Shown in pieces: positions 41,881-52,425 of a DNA stretch of 64,000 bases. Under the pieces are notes generated by a model. The model was not told the DNA's origin. It made no database searches and saw nothing but the letters and a program-made list of their open reading frames with translations. Every line of letters starts with the position of its first letter. Positions within the stretch are counted from its first letter, which is position 1. The DNA is from an uncultured Gemmatimonadaceae bacterium. GTDB taxonomy: Bacteria > Gemmatimonadota > Gemmatimonadetes > Gemmatimonadales > Gemmatimonadaceae. The translations under genes and the position numbers were made by a program. Where the stretch lies: contig CAWFQK010000002.1 of the NCBI GenBank assembly GCA_963817955.1, positions 512,001 through 576,000 on the forward strand, in the 5' to 3' direction.

Positions 41881-42383
41881 TCATTGCAGGGCGGGCGCGC
41901 GTGTTCGGCGCCGACGTCAACACGGACTACATCATCTCGTCGACGCGCAAGCGCGAGACGATCGACGAATCCAAACTCGCGCGCTATCTCCTGGAGTCCG
42001 TCGATCCCGCATTCGCGGCGAGCGTCATGCCGGGCGACCTCCTGGTGGCGGGCCGCAACTTCGGCTGCGGATCGGCCATGGAGGTGGCGGCTACCGTGAT
42101 CCTCGCGGCCGGCATTCGCGCTGTGGTCGCGACCAGCTTTGCGCGCTCGTTCTATCGCAACGCCATCAACAACGGCCTCGTGGCGATCGAATGTGATACC
42201 TCAGGGATCCGCGAGGGCGACCGAGTCGTGGTAACTGTCGAGGCGGCCGACGGGGCATCGCTCGTGCGAAACGAGACGCAAGGATTCACATGCGAGGGCG
42301 CGCGGCTGCCCGCGATCATGCTCGCGATCTTGGAGAGCGGCGGGCTCGTGCCATACATCCGGAAGGCAGGCGGATTCGTCTGA
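41877..42383 (+). CDS. Aconitase-family small subunit (LeuD/HacB type)
   Basis: DVNTDYI, NFGCGSAME (usually GSSRE), SFARSFYRNAINNG. Confidence 0.93.
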   Translation: MIIAGRARVFGADVNTDYIISSTRKRETIDESKLARYLLESVDPAFAASVMPGDLLVAGRNFGCGSAMEVAATVILAAGIRAVVATSFARSFYRNAINNGLVAIECDTSGIREGDRVVVTVEAADGASLVRNETQGFTCEGARLPAIMLAILESGGLVPYIRKAGGFV

Positions 42384-42450
42384 CGGCCGATTCGCCGCCT
42401 GCTGCCTTGGATTCCCTTGAGGATCGACGGCTGCCGACCATATTCAGGCC

Positions 42451-43083
42451 ATGAAACACTTTCGGAAGCTCCTCGCACTCGCCAGCCTTTCGCTCTTCAC
42501 GGTCGCCTGCAACGAGAAGGCCCCGCCGCCAGCGGCGTCATCGAAGGCTGTCGTGCCGACCCAGGCGCCTGACTCATTTCGCGTCGCCTTCGAGACGAGC
42601 CGTGGCACGTTCGTCGTCGCGATCTCGCGCGCTTGGGCGCCCAAAGGCGCGGACCGGTTCCGCGACCTCGTGCAGAGCGGGTTCTTCGACGACGACCGCT
42701 TCTTCCGCGTCGTACCGAACTTCGTGGCACAGTTCGGTATCAACGACAAGCCAGCGGTCAACGCACAGTGGGACTCCAGGATCACCGATGACTCCGTTCG
42801 GCAGACCAACGGGCGCGGAACGCTCGTGTTCGCCACCCAGGGACCCAATACACGGGCGCATCAGCTGTTCATCAATCTCGCCGACAACCCGCGCCTGGAT
42901 GCGAGGGGCTTTGCGCCGATCGGCCGCGTCGTCGAGGGAATGAGCGTCGTGGATTCGCTGTATAGCGGCTACGACGATTCACCGGATCAGCAGGCCATTC
43001 AGACGATGGGAAACTCGTACCTCACCAAGACCTTTCCGAAACTCGACTACATCAAGACCGCGAAGATTACTGGGACGCCGTAG
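42451..43083 (+). CDS. Cyclophilin-type peptidyl-prolyl isomerase, lipoprotein
   Basis: Lipobox TVAC; FFRVVPNFVAQFG, QLFINL, GRVVEGM. Confidence 0.93.
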   Translation: MKHFRKLLALASLSLFTVACNEKAPPPAASSKAVVPTQAPDSFRVAFETSRGTFVVAISRAWAPKGADRFRDLVQSGFFDDDRFFRVVPNFVAQFGINDKPAVNAQWDSRITDDSVRQTNGRGTLVFATQGPNTRAHQLFINLADNPRLDARGFAPIGRVVEGMSVVDSLYSGYDDSPDQQAIQTMGNSYLTKTFPKLDYIKTAKITGTP

Positions 43084-43153
43084 CGCGTCTACACCGAAGC
43101 CCCACAGAATTGGGTGATCGGATTTGCCCCCGCCACGATCACATTAGCGGAAC

Positions 43154-44389
43154 ATGCAGTTGTCGACATTTGACGTCCTGGACGCCTATCGGGCGGATCT
43201 AGCAAGCGCCGGCACCGAGCAGTTCGCTGACAGCGACGCGGCCTGGCTCGCGTTCGGTACGATGCTGCAGCGCGCGACGGGGCTTCAGGAGAACGATCGG
43301 GCCGAGTATCTGCAGAACGGAGCTGCAGCGATTGCCGGCATGACCGCCGGCGATTCGGCGGCACCGTCACTCATGGTATTGGCTCGCGACGGGTCGTCTG
43401 CTGCTGTGTGTGCCGCGGCGATGGCAGTAGCGAACAGCGCCGAGGATGCCGGAGCCTTTGCGCTCGCGACGACGATCCTCGATTGCGCCAGGGCGATCAT
43501 CGGCGCGGTCGACGAGCGCTCGCACGGACGATTGCTCGCGCACCAGGCGAGAATTCTCCGCAAGACCGGTGAGCTCGACCTATCGCTGAACCTCTACGAG
43601 CAAGTTGCTGATCTCGGCGCCACATATGGCGATGTCGAGTTGGACGCACGCGCGCATCTCGGCATCGGCGTCATCGCCCGCATACGCGGCAACTATCCGA
43701 TGGCGCGCCAGCATTTCCTGGCAATTCTCGACGGCGATGCGTCGACCGATGCCTTGTACGAGCTGCACACGCACGCCCATCACGGATTGATGGTCGCATC
43801 CGGGGTGGCACGGGATTTTGAGACCTGCTTGCGACACGGTTCGCTTGCGCTGGACCGCGCGCGGGACGCCGAACATCGCACCGAGCTTCTCACGAACCTC
43901 GCGGGCATCTGCCTGCACGTCGGTCAGTTTCGCGCAGCTTTGAATTCCTTTCTCATCATCCTCGCGGAAAGCCACCTTCCGCGCGTCCGCCTGGCTGCGT
44001 TTGGCAGCGCGGCCATTGCGGCCGCTCGTCTTGGTGACGCTCAGATGGTGACCCGACTCGTCACTGCGGCGCTCTCGGCATCGGGTGGCCGCGGACACGA
44101 GTTTGAGTATGCTGATGCATTGCGAGAGTTCGCCGAGGCGTACCTGGTGCTGGGCAATCTCGCGGAGTCGCAGAAACACAGCCAGGACGCACTGCGGCGG
44201 GCCTCGGATGGCGGATATTTCGAGATCACGCATCGCCTGGAGACCATGTCCCAGGGTATCTCTGCGCCAGCACCGATTGCCTTGACGCGTGAGTCTCTCG
44301 ATGTCGCGACTCATCTCGCCGTCGGCGACTCCCAGGAGCTCTTGGCCACGGCAATCAGCAGTGGCCATTCGGATTGGTCCAACCCGTGA
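43154..44389 (+). CDS. All-helical TPR-like protein (paralog of 31561-32769)
   Basis: ARILRKTGELDLS, LGIGVIARIRGNYPMA, LLTNLAGICLHVGQFRAA repeats. Confidence 0.8.
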   Translation: MQLSTFDVLDAYRADLASAGTEQFADSDAAWLAFGTMLQRATGLQENDRAEYLQNGAAAIAGMTAGDSAAPSLMVLARDGSSAAVCAAAMAVANSAEDAGAFALATTILDCARAIIGAVDERSHGRLLAHQARILRKTGELDLSLNLYEQVADLGATYGDVELDARAHLGIGVIARIRGNYPMARQHFLAILDGDASTDALYELHTHAHHGLMVASGVARDFETCLRHGSLALDRARDAEHRTELLTNLAGICLHVGQFRAALNSFLIILAESHLPRVRLAAFGSAAIAAARLGDAQMVTRLVTAALSASGGRGHEFEYADALREFAEAYLVLGNLAESQKHSQDALRRASDGGYFEITHRLETMSQGISAPAPIALTRESLDVATHLAVGDSQELLATAISSGHSDWSNP

Positions 44390-44540
44390 GCGTCGTGTCA
44401 TTCTGCGATGTCGTATCGACGCAATCGTGCAGTGCACGCGCCACGGGCGCTCTTCGCGATTGCGGCGCCGTCGTGGACGATGAGCACGCCGCGATGATCG
44501 ATGTGAGGAGTACGAATACGAGCAATCGTATGCGAGCCAT
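44355..44540 (-). CDS. Small secreted lipopeptide (61 aa) with a Cys40/Cys61 pair
   Basis: GGAG RBS; MARIRLLVFVLLTSIIAA-C lipobox; C-terminus CVDTTSQNDTTLTGWTNPNGHC*. Confidence 0.65.
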   Translation of the reverse strand: MARIRLLVFVLLTSIIAACSSSTTAPQSRRAPVARALHDCVDTTSQNDTTLTGWTNPNGHC

Positions 44541-44637
44541 GAACCGCTCCAGATATGAGGAGCGACATGCGTAGCCATCAGGCTCGCGGCGATCATACAC
44601 GCCCCGGGGAAGGGCGATACAGCGGTTGTGGTGACGC

Positions 44638-45504
44638 GTGAGCGAGGGCATGTCGAAGCCAACGGTCGCCATTCTCGTGCGGGCAGCAGACGCGCGCGCG
44701 CGCGTGGCCGCTGGCGTGCTCGATGGATTCGCCGTCTGTCATTGCACGTCCGTCAACGACCTGCACGCCGCTACGCGCTTGGGTGACCTCGCGCTCGTCG
44801 TCATCGATGCCGTGGATGCCACAGGGGGCTCGATGGCATCTGCGATCACATCGATCAGGCACGGCTTCCCGACCATCCCGATCCTGGCGTACTGCACGCT
44901 CTCGCGAGCCGCGTCGGCCGTGGTGCTCGATGTGGCCCGGGCCGGGGTCACGGGCCTGGTATTTCAGGGTGTCGATGATGAGCGGCACGCGATGCGCGAG
45001 GCCATTCGTGCTGCCCGGCACGGCTCGGTCACACAACGCGTGTACGCTGAAATGGCGCCCTGCCTACCGAGTACCCTGCACGCATTGTTGCGCTACGCCA
45101 TCGGGCGGCGCGCCGATGCACCATCGGTGGATGACGCCGCACGAGCCCTGGGTGTCGACCGCAAAACGCTGTTCAACTGGCTCCGACCGTGTGGGCAAGT
45201 CGGTCCACGCGAATTCATCAACTGGATTCGGCTGTCGATCGCCGTCGGCATGCTCGAGGATCCCAGGCGAACGGCCGAGCAGGTCGCGCTGGAGCTAGGC
45301 TTTGCGTCCGGGGCAGCGTTCAGGAACATGTTGCAGCGGTATGCCGCTGCGAGCTGTTCCGACATGAGAGGCGCCGATGGCCTGCCGATGATGCTGGCGC
45401 AGTTCAAGTCTCGCCTGACGACGGTCGCCGGCATGGAGCTGCAAACGGCTAAATCCTTGGACGATCAGCACATCGCGGCCTCCGCGATCGAACGACCGGC
45501 GTAA
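44638..45504 (+). CDS. AraC-like HTH regulator with a degenerate receiver-like N-terminal domain
   Basis: AARALGVDRKTL, WIRL, TAEQVALELGFASGAAFRNMLQRY; start 44638 or 44650. Confidence 0.82.
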   Translation: MSEGMSKPTVAILVRAADARARVAAGVLDGFAVCHCTSVNDLHAATRLGDLALVVIDAVDATGGSMASAITSIRHGFPTIPILAYCTLSRAASAVVLDVARAGVTGLVFQGVDDERHAMREAIRAARHGSVTQRVYAEMAPCLPSTLHALLRYAIGRRADAPSVDDAARALGVDRKTLFNWLRPCGQVGPREFINWIRLSIAVGMLEDPRRTAEQVALELGFASGAAFRNMLQRYAAASCSDMRGADGLPMMLAQFKSRLTTVAGMELQTAKSLDDQHIAASAIERPA

Positions 45505-45528
45505 GCTGCGGGGATCCGCCCTGAAACC

Positions 45529-46410
45529 ATGAGGCGCAAACCTCATGAAAGCCGTTCCCTGCCACGTATCGAAGCTCCCCACAGTGAAGCGCGTTTCCCC
45601 ACGGTCAGGCGCGATAGTGGGGCCATGCCGACACAACACCTTCAGCTCGTCACGAATGGACAACGCCCGGCCGTCGCGAGAGGAGCCAGAACCCAACTCG
45701 AAGTCGGAACGCCCAGAACCGCTCACGGAGGCACGGTCGTGCTGTGCGGACGTTCGCTCGCTGCCAACGTGGAGCTGGGCGGCGCGCTCGAGTCACGCGC
45801 ATATTGCGTTCATCGACGCGAGTCACTTGCCGATGTGTCGTCGATCCTCGCCGGCGACGGCGCATCCGTGGCGCTGCTCGCGATCGACGGAACCAATCAA
45901 GCCAAAGCGATCAGGTTCATAGGGTCACTGCAATCCAATCGCAGGCGCCGGCTCATCGTCACCGTGTCGAGTTTGGCGAGCGCGCGGCGATGCATTCACG
46001 CGGGAATCGGCGACTTCATCAAGATGCCGATACACATCCCAGAACTCCTGCTCCGCGTGGAACTCAGAATGCGCGACCTGGCGGTTCGGTCCGGCCATCT
46101 GTTCACGGACCTTGCCGCGGAGGAACACATGCATCAAGGGAAGATGCAGATCGGGTGTGGACCAACGGCCGTCCATCTCACCGACCGCGAGTGCTTGTTG
46201 TACAGCCTCTTCCTCGAACGGTTTGGAACACCGGTGAGTCGTGGCGAGATTCTGACCTGTATCTGGGACCGCGGACCGGGCTCCGAGGCGACATCGAACA
46301 TCGTGGATGTGTATGTCAGGTATCTGCGCGTCAAACTCGCGCAGGGAGCGCCGTCCCTCACGATCACGACTGTGCGTGGAGTGGGATACGTTCTCGAACA
46401 GCGGACGTAG
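45529..46410 (+). CDS. OmpR/PhoB-type winged-helix regulator with atypical receiver
   Basis: GIGDFIKMP..ELLLRV, LTDRE, SNIVDVYVRYLRVKL, TVRGVGY; start uncertain. Confidence 0.85.
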   Translation: MRRKPHESRSLPRIEAPHSEARFPTVRRDSGAMPTQHLQLVTNGQRPAVARGARTQLEVGTPRTAHGGTVVLCGRSLAANVELGGALESRAYCVHRRESLADVSSILAGDGASVALLAIDGTNQAKAIRFIGSLQSNRRRRLIVTVSSLASARRCIHAGIGDFIKMPIHIPELLLRVELRMRDLAVRSGHLFTDLAAEEHMHQGKMQIGCGPTAVHLTDRECLLYSLFLERFGTPVSRGEILTCIWDRGPGSEATSNIVDVYVRYLRVKLAQGAPSLTITTVRGVGYVLEQRT

Positions 46411-46725
46411 GGAGCGGTTCGACAAAGCGGGTGTTCCTGGCTCGAACCGCGGGCCCGCAATGGACAGCCGGGCCCGCGAATTCGGCCTGCCACCAGGGTA
46501 CTGCTGGTGCGCACTCGCCGTAGCCAAGGGCCGCAGAGTTAGGGATCATAGGATCCCGCGGTTTGACGCCGGTTCGTGCGACGAATGGATAGCCGGGGGG
46601 CGTCATGTGAGCGTCATGTCGTGCTTGCCCGGCATACACGCGAGGCGAGGCGAACCTCCGCGCCGACTCGCGCCTCAATGACACCCGTGGGCTTCACGAC
46701 CAATCCGACCGGGTGATCGTAAGAG

Positions 46726-47973
46726 TCAGATTCCTTCGATGTAGGCAACTTCCCCGTGCAGCGCCTGGTCGAGTCCCTGCGTCTGGCCCGCCTCATCGAC
46801 CTTCACTGGCGTCACGCGGTCGATTATCCAAAGCATGCCGTACGTGAACACGAACGCCCACACGGACGAGAGGCAGACTGCGCCGAGTTGGACGAAGAAG
46901 AAGTGTGGGTTGCCGTGGAGCAGGCCGTTCACGCCCGCGGGATTGAACGCCTTGCTGGCGAACACGCCACAACAGAGAATCCCGAAGAATCCGCCGACGC
47001 CGTGCACGCCCCAGACGTCCAGTGCGTCGTCCCAACGAAGCCGGTTCTTGAGCGCAACCGCGTAGAAGCAGACGATGCCGGCGAGGATGCCGATCGCGAC
47101 AGCCGCCTCGGGCGATACATAGCCGGCCGCGGGCGTGATGGTCGCGAGTCCCGCGACGGCGCCCGTCAGCAGTCCGAGGAACTTTGGCTTCTTCGACGTC
47201 ATCCAGTCCATCACGAGCCACGCGATGGCCGCAAAGCTCGCCGCGAGGTCCGTGTTCACGAAGGCCACTGCCGTGACTGCATCCACGCGAAACTCGCTGC
47301 CGGCGTTGAACCCGTACCAACCAAACCACAGGAGTCCGGTGCCGAGGGCCACGAGCGGGATGGAGTGTGGGCCGCTGTCGACAACCTTTCGGCGTCCCAC
47401 GTAGAGCACCGACGCAAGCGCCGCGATACCCGCGATGTTATGCACGACGATGCCGCCCGCGAAATCGAGCACGCCCCACTGCGCCATGATGCCACCGCCC
47501 CAGATCATGTGCACGAACGGGAAGTAGACGAGCGTCAGCCAGCCAGTGAGGAACAGCATATATGCCGGGAATCGCACGCGGTTTGCGAACGCGCCGGTAA
47601 TGAGCGCCGGCGTGATGATGGCGAACATCATCTGGTACCCGAAGAACACAATCAGCGGTATGGTGTCGTTCGAGGGCGCCGGAGTGGAGAGGCTCATTCC
47701 GCGCAAGAACGCCTGGTCGAAGTTGCCGATGATTCCGAAGAAGTCGGTGCCGCTCTTCAGGTCGCCGCTGAAGGACATCGAGAATCCGTACGCCCACCAG
47801 AGCACGGTGGTCCATCCCATTGATGCGAAGCTCTGCATCATGATCGCCAGCACGTTCTTCCGCCCGACGAGTCCTCCGTAGAAAAAGGCAAGCCCCGGCG
47901 TCATCAGCATGACGAGGCTGGAACACAGGAGCATGAAGCCCGTGTTCCCGGTGTCGAGATGAAGTTGCGGCAT
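46726..47973 (-). CDS. amtB: Ammonium transporter
   Basis: MTPGLAFFYGG, QMMFAIIT, DFAGGIVVH, GWYGFN, DDALDVWGVHG. Confidence 0.97.
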   Translation of the reverse strand: MPQLHLDTGNTGFMLLCSSLVMLMTPGLAFFYGGLVGRKNVLAIMMQSFASMGWTTVLWWAYGFSMSFSGDLKSGTDFFGIIGNFDQAFLRGMSLSTPAPSNDTIPLIVFFGYQMMFAIITPALITGAFANRVRFPAYMLFLTGWLTLVYFPFVHMIWGGGIMAQWGVLDFAGGIVVHNIAGIAALASVLYVGRRKVVDSGPHSIPLVALGTGLLWFGWYGFNAGSEFRVDAVTAVAFVNTDLAASFAAIAWLVMDWMTSKKPKFLGLLTGAVAGLATITPAAGYVSPEAAVAIGILAGIVCFYAVALKNRLRWDDALDVWGVHGVGGFFGILCCGVFASKAFNPAGVNGLLHGNPHFFFVQLGAVCLSSVWAFVFTYGMLWIIDRVTPVKVDEAGQTQGLDQALHGEVAYIEGI

Positions 47974-48148
47974 CAGGTCGGATCCTATAGGCGAATAGAC
48001 CACGCGGACACCGCCATTCGGCGATATCCGCTTGCCCCCCAATCACTGACAATCGGCGTCATTTACGATGAACAACGCCGCGACAAATACGACTAATTAG
48101 CTTCGCCGACAAGGCCGATGGTCATCGGAGTTCAGATCAGCCCCTACC

Positions 48149-51100
48149 TCACCCACATTCGCTGAACCCACATACATGACACTTCACACATCCCTCAGCA
48201 TACTCCATCTGACTCCCGCAATCCGGGCACGTCCCGATGTACGTCTCCGCCGAGTGATACAATCCGTACTGTAACTCGATCTCCGCCGCCGCATTCCCCT
48301 GCGGCCGGAGCGCCGCCGGCACTTGATGCGTCATCGACGTCATCATCTCCGGTGTCGGACCAGCGCCCGCGGCCGGTGTCTGCGGCATGAGCTCCTGCTG
48401 CACGCCGGTCACTCGGTCGCGATGCCATTCCTCGATCGCAATGCCGATTGCGTCGGGCACCGACAGGACCTTGTTCGGACCGAGTCCCACGGCACGATCC
48501 GAGGAAATCCCTCTCAACTGCTTGTGGATTTCCATGAGTGGGATGCCCGAGCGTAGCGCGAGCGAGACGAGTCGTCCCATCGCTTCCGCGTCGGCCATCG
48601 CCGAACCGCCGGCCTTGCCCAACGTGAGGAAGACTTCGAACGGCTGGCCCTTCTCGTCTTCGGTGATGTTCACGAACATCACGCCCAGCGGGGTCTCCTT
48701 GCGGATCGTAGTGCCGCGGAGTCTGTCCGGGCGCGAGCGCTTGGCGCGGCGCTGGAGGTTTTCCGCTTCCGCCACGTACAACGCTTTCTTGAGTCGCTCG
48801 ATCTCCGCGTCCTTCTCGGCGAGGTCCGATCGCAGGTCGGCCATTGCGGCCCGATCGGTGGGAGACGTTTCGTCTTGGCTGCCGGCGCCGGCCTTGGCGT
48901 CGCGTGCTTTGGCCGCACCCTCGGTGGCGCCGGTGGACAGCACCTGGTTGTCGCGGCTGCCGTCGCGGTAGACCGTGACGCCCTTGCAGTTCGATGTCGT
49001 ACGCCATCTCATAGATCTTGCGCACGTCATCCATCGTCGCGGTGTGCGCGAAGTTGGTCGTCTTGGAGATGGCCGAATCGCAGTGCAGTTGGAACGCTGC
49101 CTGCATGCTGGATGTGCCACTCCGGCGCGATCTGATTGGCCGTCACGAACACGCGCTGCCACTGCTCCGGAATCTCCGGATGCTGCACGGTGCCGGTCTT
49201 GGCGATGCGCTCCATGAGCTCCTCGCTATACCAGCCTTCCCGCTTGGCAATCCCAACGAAGTCCTCGTTCACGTCGGGCATCATGCGCGCCTGCCTGGTT
49301 GCGCATGAACGCAACAGCGAACAACGGCTCGAGGCCCGATGAGCATCCTGCAATGATGGAGATCGTGCCGGTCGGCGCCACCGTGGTCACGTTGCAGTTG
49401 CGCAGCATCTGCATGGGACGGATGCGCTCGCCGTGCTCGTCGCGCGCGCAGGTCTCGTCCGGTCCCCAGATGCTCTGCGGCCACTCGGGGAATGCGTCCG
49501 CGCTCGCCGGCCAGGCGCTCGCTCGCCTTCTTGCCCTCGACGTCGACGAACTCCATCACCGTGCGACCGAACTCGACGCCCTGCGGCGTATCGTAGGCGA
49601 CGCCGAGCCGCACCAGCGCGTCGGCGAAGCCCATGACCCGAGTCCCATGCGGCGGATGCGCTTGGACAAGCGCGTCGATCTCCGGCAGCGGATACTTGTT
49701 GACGTCGATGATATTGTCGAGGAAGTGCGCGCTCAGATGGATGTCTCTGCGGAACGAATCCCAATCCATCCGGCCGTTCGCGACGTAATAGCCGACGTTG
49801 ATCGAGCCGAGGTTGCACACGTCATACGGCAGCAGCGGCTGCTCGCCACATTGCGCTGTCACGAAGCCGTTGGCGACGATGGAGTGCGTCACGGGCTCGG
49901 TGGTGCAAAACACGTCCTCCGAGCCAGCCGCGTCGATCGATTCGATGCGCGTCACGAACCGCTCGGTATTCGACACGCGCTGCTTGCGCGCGATCCAGCG
50001 CTCCGCCTTCTGCTGCTTGGCCGGCGCAATGAAGCCGACGTCGCGAACGAACTTGTCGCGGCTCGCCTTGTCGATGATCAACTCATACTGCGCGGCACAC
50101 GCATACGCCTTCTCGCCGCCGTGACCATCCGGCATGAGCTTGGTATGCTCCGGCCGGCGGAGACGCAGCCGACTGACGATGCCGAGGTTGAGAAGGAGAA
50201 CCTGTACCTCCTCCAGCAGCGGCTTGTTGCTCGCCGCGAGGCGCACCGAGCAGCTCTTGCTGTGCGATGAGATGTTGACGGTGCCGTCCGCCGTGAACAT
50301 CCCCTGCAGGAACCCGATCACGGCCTCGCGCGGCGCGCTCCAGATGCTGGCCGGCACACGCTTCGCCATGCCCGGCGCATTGATGCCGAGCGAACGTAGG
50401 AAGTAGTACAGGCCCGAGCGATAGATGAGCTGCGTGCGGCCGGGCCGCTCGGTGACGTTCCCCTCCATGCCCATCCAATGCGCAATGCGCGCGCGGAAGT
50501 CCGCCGCGAGCGGCCGTTCGTCACCGCCAAACAGCAGGCCGACAGTGTAGTTCGGAACGGTCCGCCCCGGCGGCGTATCCTCGGTCGTCCAACCGTCGGC
50601 GACAGCCCACCCGAGGAGTTGACCGAGCTCGCGCGACCACATCGTCGGGACGTGCGCGTCACCGCGCTCATCGCGGGCCGCGAGCTTGTCTTCGGCGTGG
50701 AACGCGGGAAGCCAATGATCCGTGCTCCATGCACCCTCGCCGGACTGCAGCAGGATCTCGTCGCCCGGCCGCAGGTCCTCGAGCTCAACGAGACCGGCCG
50801 GCGTGAAGAACTTGTGATTGTCGGTCGCCGTCACGGTATAACCGTGCGCGGTCACGAGCTTGAAGACGGGCGCGTTCTCGCGTGTCCTGAACACCGGAAC
50901 GGCGTGCCGGAGCGTCGTACCGCGCCTGGTGCGCGTGGCGACTCCACCGCCGGCCATCGCGTCACGAATGGCCGCGACCCGATTATCGGTCACGACGCGA
51001 ATCTCCGTCACATCTTCCGAAAGCTCGCGTAGCGTGCGCAAACCGCGATCCGTGGCCAGACGCGTCGAGCCGACGAGACACGGATTCGTCGCCTCGTATC

Positions 51101-51938
51101 TGCCGAGGTGCGGCACCGGGTTGTAGCGATTTGCCTCGTCCACGAAGAAGACACCGGGCTCGCCGGTGCGCCACGCACCGAGGATCATTTTGTCCCACAC
51201 CATGCGCGCGTCGCGCTGGCCCACCTGGTTGCCGGTGGCAGGATCGATGATGTCGTAGCTCGTGCCCGCCTTGACCGCTTCCATGAACTTCCGCGTCACC
51301 GCGACGCTGATGTTGAAGTTCGTCACCTGCGAGAGATCTTCCTTGCAGGTGATGAAGTCCATGATGTCGGGATGGTCGACGCGCAGAATACCCATGTTCG
51401 CGCCGCGCCGTGCACCGCCCTGCTTCACCGCGTCGGTGGACGCGTCGTAGAGCTTCATGAACGAGATCGGTCCCGACGCAACGCCCGTCGTCGAGCGAAC
51501 CATCGACCCCTTGCCGCGCAGGCGCGAGAAGGAAAAGCCGGTGCCGCCGCCACTCTGATGGATGAGCGCCATGGCGCTGAGCGTGTCGTAGATGCCGTTC
51601 TTGCCATTGGCGAGCGAGTCTTCCACGGGCAAGACGAAGCAGGCAGAGAGCTGTCCCAGGGGACGCCCGGCATTCATGAGCGTGGGCGAGTTCGGCTCGA
51701 ACCGGCGCTGCGTCATCAAGAAGTAGAACTCTTCCGCCACCGCCTTCACTGCATCGTCATCCGCCCCGTATCGTCGATCCGCGTCGGCAACGACAGTCGC
51801 GACGCGCCAAAAGAGATCTTCGGGTTGCTCAACCGGCTTGCCCTTGTCGTTCTTGACCAAGTAGCGCTTTTCGAGAACAGTGCGCGCGTTGGACGAGAGC
51901 GAAACGGGACCCGGAGGCGGGTTGACGGGAAGGGCCAT
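48149..51938 (-). CDS. nrdJ: Class II (adenosylcobalamin) ribonucleotide reductase with intein; several frameshifts in 48990-49670
   Basis: [58 protein letters not shown]-terminal CPDC..CHVC; AGGAG RBS. Confidence 0.95.
49851..51080 (-). mobile_element. Intein (410 aa) with LAGLIDADG homing endonuclease inserted just before the catalytic Cys of NrdJ
   Basis: [64 protein letters not shown]. Confidence 0.93.
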
Positions 51939-52425
51939 GTAGACGGAACTCCTAGCGGTGAAACGTTGCAGCTGAGATACGATCGGTGGGAGCGGCGGTA
52001 CGACTTGCTGGAGTGGTGCGGCGGCGGGCGGCAGGGGGAGTCTCGCCAGAAACGACCGCGGGGCCGCATTGTACCGACGTTCGTGTTTCCACGCCAGTAG
52101 TAAGATAACCACTGGCAGAAGCACGACTTACGAAAACAAGATCACGAAGATGAATGCGGGTGTCCACTTGCGTTGATAAAGCGGCGATGATGTGTAGAAA
52201 CGGTACGATGTAACCAATACGAACGACAACACGTGCGACGCGCCGGCTCGTAAGCTCAGTTCAAGCAATACGTTGTAATGGTAGCGCCCGGATAACCCGT
52301 CAGAGCTTTTCGTCGATCAGGTTGGGGTCGCTTGAAGCGGCCTCGGGGGTGGCATCGCCGCCGTCTTGCTTTGAAACACATTGGAGCATTTTAGGGGCCG
52401 AGACGAGCCAAGAGCCACGACTCGC

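Noticed and set aside
40606..42383. leuC/leuD of leucine biosynthesis
   Set aside because: No leuA or leuB, altered motif and catabolic context; symbol withheld
51940..52420. NrdR boxes, riboswitch or ncRNA upstream of nrdJ
   Set aside because: Only partial matches (e.g. near 52262) and no convincing paired boxes or conserved fold by eye; needs Infernal and a PWM scan
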